DNA of 32,000 nucleotides from Fastidiosibacter lacustris (GTDB lineage Bacteria; Pseudomonadota; Gammaproteobacteria; Francisellales; Francisellaceae): NCBI RefSeq assembly GCF_003428155.1, contig NZ_QLIR01000004.1, positions 1 to 32,000 of the forward strand, read 5' to 3'. Shown piece by piece: positions 26,881 to 32,000 of this stretch (position 1 is its first letter; each line of letters starts with the position of its first letter). The notes under the pieces were generated by a model. It saw only the letters and a program-made list of their open reading frames with translations, ran no database searches and was not told where the DNA came from. The position numbers and the translations under genes were made by a program.

Positions 26881-28065
26881 ATGGCTAAAGAAAAATTTGA
26901 ACGTAAAAAGCCGCACTTGAATGTTGGTACAATTGGTCATGTTGATCATGGTAAAACAACATTGACCGCTGCGATCACAAAAGTGCTTGCAGATGCTTAT
27001 GGTGGTCAAGCTAAAGCATTTGATGAAATCGATAATGCTCCAGAAGAAAAAGCACGTGGTATTACTATTTCAACTTCTCACGTTGAATACGAAACACCAA
27101 ACCGTCACTATGCACACGTAGACTGTCCAGGTCACGCAGACTATGTTAAAAACATGATCACTGGTGCCGCTCAGATGGACGGTGCAATTTTAGTATGTTC
27201 AGCTGCTGATGGTCCAATGCCACAAACACGTGAGCACATTTTGTTATCACGCCAAGTAGGTGTGCCATACATCGTTGTATTTTTGAATAAGTGCGATATG
27301 GTCGATGACGAAGAATTGCTTGAGCTAGTTGAGATGGAAGTGCGTGAGCTTTTAGATCAATATGAATTTCCAGGTGATGCGACGCCAATCATTAAAGGTT
27401 CTGCAACGGGTGCTTTGGCTGGTGAGAAGAAGTGGGTTGATGCTATTCTTGAGTTAGGCAAAACACTTGATGAATACATTCCTGAGCCTCAACGTGAAAC
27501 AGATAAGCCATTCTTGTTACCGATTGAAGATGTGTTCTCGATTTCTGGTCGTGGTACCGTGGTGACTGGTCGTGTTGAGCGCGGTATTGTTAAGGTTGGT
27601 GATGCGGTAGAAATCGTTGGTATTAAGTCAACTCAAACTACTACTGTAACTGGTGTTGAAATGTTCCGTAAGCTTCTTGATGAAGGTAAAGCGGGTGAAA
27701 ACGTTGGTATCTTGATTCGTGGGATCAAGCGTGAAGAAGTTGAGCGTGGTCAAGTTTTATGTAAACCAGGTTCAATTACACCGCATACTAAATTTGAAGC
27801 TGAAGTGTATGTTCTATCTAAGGAAGAAGGTGGGCGTCATACGCCATTCTTCAAGGGTTATAGACCACAGTTCTATTTCCGTACAACTGATGTAACGGGT
27901 TCTTGTGAATTGCCAGAAGGAGTTGAGATGGTCATGCCTGGTGATAACATCAAGATGACTGTTACGTTGATCAATTCTATCGCGATGGAAGAAGGCTTGC
28001 GCTTTGCTATCCGTGAAGGTGGTCGTACAGTAGGTGCGGGTGTTGTGGCTAAAATTCTTGCCTAA
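26881..28065 (+). CDS. tuf: Elongation factor Tu
   Basis: 394 aa with [18 protein letters not shown] and NKCD. It is full length and highly conserved. Confidence 0.98.
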   Translation: MAKEKFERKKPHLNVGTIGHVDHGKTTLTAAITKVLADAYGGQAKAFDEIDNAPEEKARGITISTSHVEYETPNRHYAHVDCPGHADYVKNMITGAAQMDGAILVCSAADGPMPQTREHILLSRQVGVPYIVVFLNKCDMVDDEELLELVEMEVRELLDQYEFPGDATPIIKGSATGALAGEKKWVDAILELGKTLDEYIPEPQRETDKPFLLPIEDVFSISGRGTVVTGRVERGIVKVGDAVEIVGIKSTQTTTVTGVEMFRKLLDEGKAGENVGILIRGIKREEVERGQVLCKPGSITPHTKFEAEVYVLSKEEGGRHTPFFKGYRPQFYFRTTDVTGSCELPEGVEMVMPGDNIKMTVTLINSIAMEEGLRFAIREGGRTVGAGVVAKILA

Positions 28066-28088
28066 TATCAACACTTCAAAGGTCTTGT

Positions 28089-28164
28089 AGGTCAGTAGTT
28101 CAATTGGTAGAGCAGCGGTCTCCAAAACCGCAAGTTGGGGGTTCGAGTCCCTCCTGGCCTGCCA
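28089..28164 (+). tRNA. tRNA-Trp (CCA)
   Basis: Anticodon arm GCGGT-CTCCAAA-ACCGC, acceptor AGGTCAG/CTGGCCT, CCA encoded. Confidence 0.93.
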
Positions 28165-28178
28165 AATAAATTGACTTG

Positions 28179-28222
28179 AACGGCGTGTTAATCTGTGTTA
28201 AGATTGCACGCCGTTTTTGTTT
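28179..28222 (+). terminator. Intrinsic terminator after tRNA-Trp
   Basis: AACGGCGTG ... CACGCCGTT, with an inner AATCT/AGATT pairing, followed by TTTTGTTTG. Confidence 0.7.
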
Positions 28223-28245
28223 GTAGTAAAAGATGAGACGATTAA

Positions 28246-28662
28246 ATGAAGGATCCCGTAACGAAAAAAGTGTGGACAACCACGACAAAAAAAGCTGGTT
28301 TGCGTGAGATTAGCAGTACTGCAAATAAGTTATTGTGGTTGATAATGATTGTTATTGCCGCAATCATCGTTTTTTCGAGTATGTATTTCTCGCTATTCAA
28401 GGATTCATCAGCGTTGATGGCAGTGCTTATTATCGTTGGTATAGTCGTGCTGTTGGTGATTGCTAAGCAGACAAATCAAGGTGCAAAGGGTTGGCAATTT
28501 TTGCTTGAAGCACGCTTAGAGATGCGAAAAGTTGTGTGGCCAACGCGTCAAGAGACAATTAACTCGACGTTGGTGGTGCTGGTTATTGTTGCCATTGCTT
28601 CCATTATTATTTATTTTGTTGGGTTGCTGTTTATGCGCCTGATCCAAACAGTTTTAAGTTAA
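28246..28662 (+). CDS. secE: Preprotein translocase subunit SecE
   Basis: 138 aa with three hydrophobic segments and the conserved KVVWPTRQET before the last TM. It sits in the canonical position before nusG. Confidence 0.85.
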   Translation: MKDPVTKKVWTTTTKKAGLREISSTANKLLWLIMIVIAAIIVFSSMYFSLFKDSSALMAVLIIVGIVVLLVIAKQTNQGAKGWQFLLEARLEMRKVVWPTRQETINSTLVVLVIVAIASIIIYFVGLLFMRLIQTVLS

Positions 28663-28671
28663 GAGGTTATT

Positions 28672-29307
28672 ATGTCTGCTGATGATAAAGATTTTCACAG
28701 TGAAAATGCCGAGATGAATAAATCGCAAGCGATTAACGAAACTTCAGCAAAAAATGCTATTGACTCAAAAAAAAGATGGTATGTGATTCAGGCGTATTCA
28801 GGATATGAAAAGCGTGTTAAAGCTCAGATTGAAGAACGTATTAAATTGGAAGGTTTAGATCATTTTTTTGGCAAGATATTAGTGCCAACTGAAGAAGTGG
28901 TTGAGATGAAAGCTGGCCAAAAGCGCAAAAGTGAGCGTAAGTTTTTCCCAGGTTATGTCTTGATTCAGATGGAAATGAGTGAACAAGCATGGCAGTTGGT
29001 GCGTAGAACTCCAAGAGTCAGTGGCTTTATAGGAGGTACAAGTGAGCGTCCAATGCCAATTAGTGATAAAGAAGCAGAAAGAATCTTGGGTTCACTTAAG
29101 GTAGGTGCAGATAAGACAGCGCCAAAACCAAGGACAACTTTTCAAGTTGGTCAGGTTGTGCGTGTGCTTGAAGGCCCATTTGCTGATTTTACAGGTGTTG
29201 TCGAGGAAATTAATTACGAGAAATCGCGTGTACACGTTGCAGTTTCTATTTTTGGGCGTCCAACGCCTGTTGAGCTTGAGTTTTCTCAAGTAGAGAAAGA
29301 TGCTTAA
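28672..29307 (+). CDS. nusG: Transcription termination/antitermination factor NusG
   Basis: NGN start [16 protein letters not shown] and [24 protein letters not shown]. There is an N-terminal extension of about 30 aa relative to E. coli. Confidence 0.95.
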   Translation: MSADDKDFHSENAEMNKSQAINETSAKNAIDSKKRWYVIQAYSGYEKRVKAQIEERIKLEGLDHFFGKILVPTEEVVEMKAGQKRKSERKFFPGYVLIQMEMSEQAWQLVRRTPRVSGFIGGTSERPMPISDKEAERILGSLKVGADKTAPKPRTTFQVGQVVRVLEGPFADFTGVVEEINYEKSRVHVAVSIFGRPTPVELEFSQVEKDA

Positions 29308-29404
29308 ACGGTTTGCTGTTTAAGTTTTAGGTGTCTAGCAGTTAGTTAGATGTGAGTAACGGGGAGCTATTAAAAATAGCGTTATACCCAAAAAGGAGTA
29401 AATA

Positions 29405-29848
29405 ATGGCTAAGAAAGTGCAGGCTTATATTAAGCTTCAAGTTAAAGCTGGACAGGCAAACCCAAGTCCACCGATTGGACCGGCGTTAGGTCAGCATGGT
29501 GTTAACATTATGGAGTTTTGTAAGGCGTTTAATGCGCAAACACAGAAGATGGAGCAAGGTGCGCCAGTGCCTGTTGTTATTACTGTATATAGCGATAGAA
29601 GTTTTACATTCACTATGAAAACACCCCCTGCTTCATTCTTGCTGAAGAAAGCAGCAAAAATTAAATCTGGCAGCTCTAAGCCCTCTAAAGAAGTTGTTGG
29701 TACAGTGACTCGTGAACAATTAGAAGAAATTGCTAAAACAAAAGAACCCGACTTAACGGCAGCAAATATGGATGCTGCTGTTAGAACGATCGCAGGATCT
29801 GCGCGCAGTATGGGGCTTAAAGTTGAGGGGGTTGTGAGTAATGGCTAA
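29405..29848 (+). CDS. rplK: 50S ribosomal protein L11
   Basis: [40 protein letters not shown]... Confidence 0.97.
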   Translation: MAKKVQAYIKLQVKAGQANPSPPIGPALGQHGVNIMEFCKAFNAQTQKMEQGAPVPVVITVYSDRSFTFTMKTPPASFLLKKAAKIKSGSSKPSKEVVGTVTREQLEEIAKTKEPDLTAANMDAAVRTIAGSARSMGLKVEGVVSNG

Positions 29849-30536
29849 GTTATCAAAAAGAATGAAAGGTTTATCTGAAAAAGTAAATAGATTACAGGTT
29901 TATCCTGTAACTGAAGCCTTTAAGCTTTTGAAAGACCTTTCAAAAGTTAAATTTAGAGAGTCAATTGATGTTGCTGTTAATTTAGGTGTTGATCCACGTA
30001 AATCAGATCAAGTTGTGCGCGGTGCTTCTGTGTTACCAAACGGTACTGGTAAGGTTGTGCGTGTTGCGGTATTTACTCAAGGTGATAACGTAACAAAAGC
30101 AACTGAAGTAGGTGCTGATGTTGTTGGCATGGATGATTTGGCAGCTGAAGTTAAAAAAGGCAATATAGATTTTGACGTTGTAATCGCTACCCCTGATGCG
30201 ATGCGTGTTGTTGGTCAGTTGGGTCAAATCTTGGGACCTAAGGGTTTAATGCCTAACCCTAAGGTTGGCACTGTAACAACTGATGTAGCGCAAGCGGTTA
30301 AAGATGCAAAAGCAGGTCAGGTACGTTACCGCGTTGATAAAGCTGGTATTATTCACACCACCATTGGTAAGGCTGACTTTGCACCACAAGCGTTACAGCA
30401 AAACTTAGAAACGCTTTTAACTGACTTGAAAAAGCTAAAGCCAGCAAATGCAAAAGGCGTGTACATCAAAAAAGTGACAGTTTCTAGTACAATGGGTCCT
30501 GGTCTTATGCTTGACATGAGCACAATTGAGGTTTAA
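29841..30536 (+). CDS. rplA: 50S ribosomal protein L1
   Basis: 231 aa. It overlaps the rplK stop by 8 nt (ATGGCTAA) and has typical L1 sequence ([25 protein letters not shown]). Confidence 0.97.
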   Translation: MAKLSKRMKGLSEKVNRLQVYPVTEAFKLLKDLSKVKFRESIDVAVNLGVDPRKSDQVVRGASVLPNGTGKVVRVAVFTQGDNVTKATEVGADVVGMDDLAAEVKKGNIDFDVVIATPDAMRVVGQLGQILGPKGLMPNPKVGTVTTDVAQAVKDAKAGQVRYRVDKAGIIHTTIGKADFAPQALQQNLETLLTDLKKLKPANAKGVYIKKVTVSSTMGPGLMLDMSTIEV

Positions 30537-30639
30537 GATAAGCAGCCTTTTTCTCATCAGGCAGAATGTATGCGTGTGCAGAAGCTTTGCTTGAATATTA
30601 AGTTTCTTTGGGTCAACTGCTTAATATCTATTGAGTTAG

Positions 30640-30700
30640 TGATGTCAAAGACCGTAGGTGTAACTGAAAGGTTGCTTAATTTCCTACGCAGACGGTGAAT
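30640..30700 (+). promoter_or_regulatory. Probable L10(L12)4 autoregulatory leader structure upstream of rplJ
   Basis: Nested stems ACCGT/ACGGT (30651-55 / 30692-96) and CGTAGG/CCTACG (30653-58 / 30683-88) lie about 125 nt upstream of rplJ. This is the position of the known L10 leader in Gammaproteobacteria. Confidence 0.45.
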
Positions 30701-30777
30701 GTGACCTAAAAGAGAAATTTTTATTTGGTTTCAAACATCGTATTAAATAACGTAGACAAAAACAAGAGGATTAGCTA

Positions 30778-31296
30778 ATGGCGCTAAAGCTTGAAGATAA
30801 GAAAGCGATTGTGGCAGAAGTTGCTGAACAAGCATCCTTGGCATTGTCTGCAGCGGTGGCTGATTACCGTGGTTTGACTGTGAATCAAATGAGTGATTTA
30901 CGTAAGCAAGCTCGTGAATCAGGTGTTTATTTAAAAGTTGTTCGCAATAATTTAGCAAGAATCGCGATCAAAGGAACTGAGTTTGAGTGCATGAGCAATG
31001 CACTTGTGGGTCCTTTGGTTTTGGCTTTCTCGAAAGAAGAGCCAGGTGCGGCTGCTAAATTATTCAAAAATTTTATGAAGAACAATAAAACTTTTGAAGT
31101 GAAGAACTTAGCAATGGGTGGCGAATTATTCGGCGCCAACAAGTTGGAAGAAATGTCTAAGCTTCCAAGTCGCAACGATGCACTTGCATTGTTGTGCAAT
31201 GTATTGCAAGCACCTGTTACCAAGTTTGTGCGTACGCTTAATGAAATTCCAGCGCAAGCTGTTCGCGTATTTGCTGCTGTTGGTGATGCAAAATAA
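30778..31296 (+). CDS. rplJ: 50S ribosomal protein L10
   Basis: 172 aa beginning MALKLEDKKAIVAEV...DYRGLTVNQMSDLR, with AAGAGGA upstream. Confidence 0.97.
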   Translation: MALKLEDKKAIVAEVAEQASLALSAAVADYRGLTVNQMSDLRKQARESGVYLKVVRNNLARIAIKGTEFECMSNALVGPLVLAFSKEEPGAAAKLFKNFMKNNKTFEVKNLAMGGELFGANKLEEMSKLPSRNDALALLCNVLQAPVTKFVRTLNEIPAQAVRVFAAVGDAK

Positions 31297-31340
31297 CCAC
31301 TTTTCGTTTTTGAAATAAATTATTTAATAGGAGTTATATA

Positions 31341-31715
31341 ATGGCTATTACTAAAGAAGACATTCTAAATGCAGTTGCTGAAATGAGCGTTATGGATGTT
31401 TGTGAGTTAGTTAAAATGATGGAAGAGAAATTTGGTGTTTCTGCTCAAGCTGCTATTGCAGTTGCAGCTCCAGTTGCAGGCGAAGCTGCTGCTGTTGAAG
31501 AGAAAACTGAGTTTGACGTTGTTTTAGTTGATGCAGGTGCTAATAAAGTTGGTGCGATTAAAGCAGTTCGCGCAGCAACTGGTTTAGGCTTGAAAGAAGC
31601 AAAAGACGCAGTTGAAGGCGTTCCTTTTACAATCAAAGAAGGTGCTTCTAAGGCAGATGCTGAAGCACTTAAAAAGCAGCTTGAAGAAGCTGGTGCTAAG
31701 GTTGAGCTTAAGTAA
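31341..31715 (+). CDS. rplL: 50S ribosomal protein L7/L12
   Basis: 124 aa with an Ala/Glu-rich hinge and the C-terminus [13 protein letters not shown]...[10 protein letters not shown]. Confidence 0.97.
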   Translation: MAITKEDILNAVAEMSVMDVCELVKMMEEKFGVSAQAAIAVAAPVAGEAAAVEEKTEFDVVLVDAGANKVGAIKAVRAATGLGLKEAKDAVEGVPFTIKEGASKADAEALKKQLEEAGAKVELK

Positions 31716-31740
31716 TTTTTCGATTACATTAAGTTAAAGC

Positions 31741-31780
31741 AAAAGGCTAACAGGTATATTTTACTTGTTGGCCTTTTCTG
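31741..31780 (+). terminator. rplL-rpoB intergenic attenuator/terminator hairpin
   Basis: AAAAGGCTAACAGGT - ATATTTT - ACTTGTTGGCCTTTT. This is a 15-bp stem with two G.U pairs and a T-rich 3' side, matching the known partial terminator position. Confidence 0.7.
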
Positions 31781-31893
31781 CTATGTGATAAATATGATTT
31801 GTGGCTGAATCTGTGGTCGCAGATAAATAAAGTTTTTTCAAACTTTTGGCATGGTTTAGTGGTTAAAATGAATGTGATCAGAGGAAGTGCCTG

Positions 31894-32000
31894 ATGCCGT
31901 ACTCATACGCTGAGAAGAAAAGAATCCGTAAAGAATTTGGGAATCTTCCTAATATTCTAGATGTTCCATATTTGCTTGCCATTCAAGTAAATTCATACAA
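31894..32000 (+). CDS. rpoB: RNA polymerase beta subunit, first 35 codons (continues past the window)
   Basis: ATG 31894 gives [31 protein letters not shown]..., the canonical RpoB N-terminus. GAGGAAG lies upstream. Confidence 0.9.
   Translation, partial: MPYSYAEKKRIRKEFGNLPNILDVPYLLAIQVNSY

Noticed and set aside
27814-28288. Reverse-strand ORFs 27814-28125 and 28100-28288
   Set aside because: They overlap tuf, tRNA-Trp and its terminator, so they are artefacts.
29308-29404. L1-binding autoregulatory structure in the rplK leader (GCTATT-AAAA-ATAGC hairpin flanked by GGGG/CCC)
   Set aside because: It is plausible from known biology, but I cannot verify the 23S-mimic structure by eye. It is left unannotated.

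Overview
This is a 32 kb chromosomal window from an AT-rich Gammaproteobacterium. All calls come from reading the sequence and translations by eye; no database search was possible. A Legionellales-like lineage is only my inference, from the PAS-sensor sequence style, csrA and effector-like repeat proteins.

The right third is the classical tRNA-Tyr/Gly/Thr - tuf - tRNA-Trp - secE - nusG - rplK - rplA - rplJ - rplL - rpoB cluster. The middle holds housekeeping genes: ndk, a glpK + Dyp-peroxidase operon, ridA, queG, spoT, csrA - tRNA-Ser, and der.

Several visibly more AT-rich accessory pieces are interleaved with these:
- A YD-repeat/Rhs-type gene start at the left edge. It is absent from the ORF track because it runs off the window.
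- A 1581-aa single-module NRPS-like enzyme with formyltransferase, adenylation, carrier and reductase domains plus a C-terminal membrane helix.
- A PAS protein directly downstream of it, whose histidine-kinase core looks catalytically dead.
- A divergent murA/murB pair packed directly behind der.
- A 904-aa orphan protein with about 7 tandem 33-47-aa repeats, three of which are near-identical 111-bp units.
- Two decayed IS4-type transposase remnants.
- An MFS transporter interrupted by one in-frame TGA.

The most interesting non-coding signal is a cluster of six GGAU motifs with a spacing of about 16 nt. It lies in the convergent ridA/queG gap, 3.5 kb from csrA, and is a candidate CsrA-titrating small RNA. 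An unusual C8 tract sits next to it.
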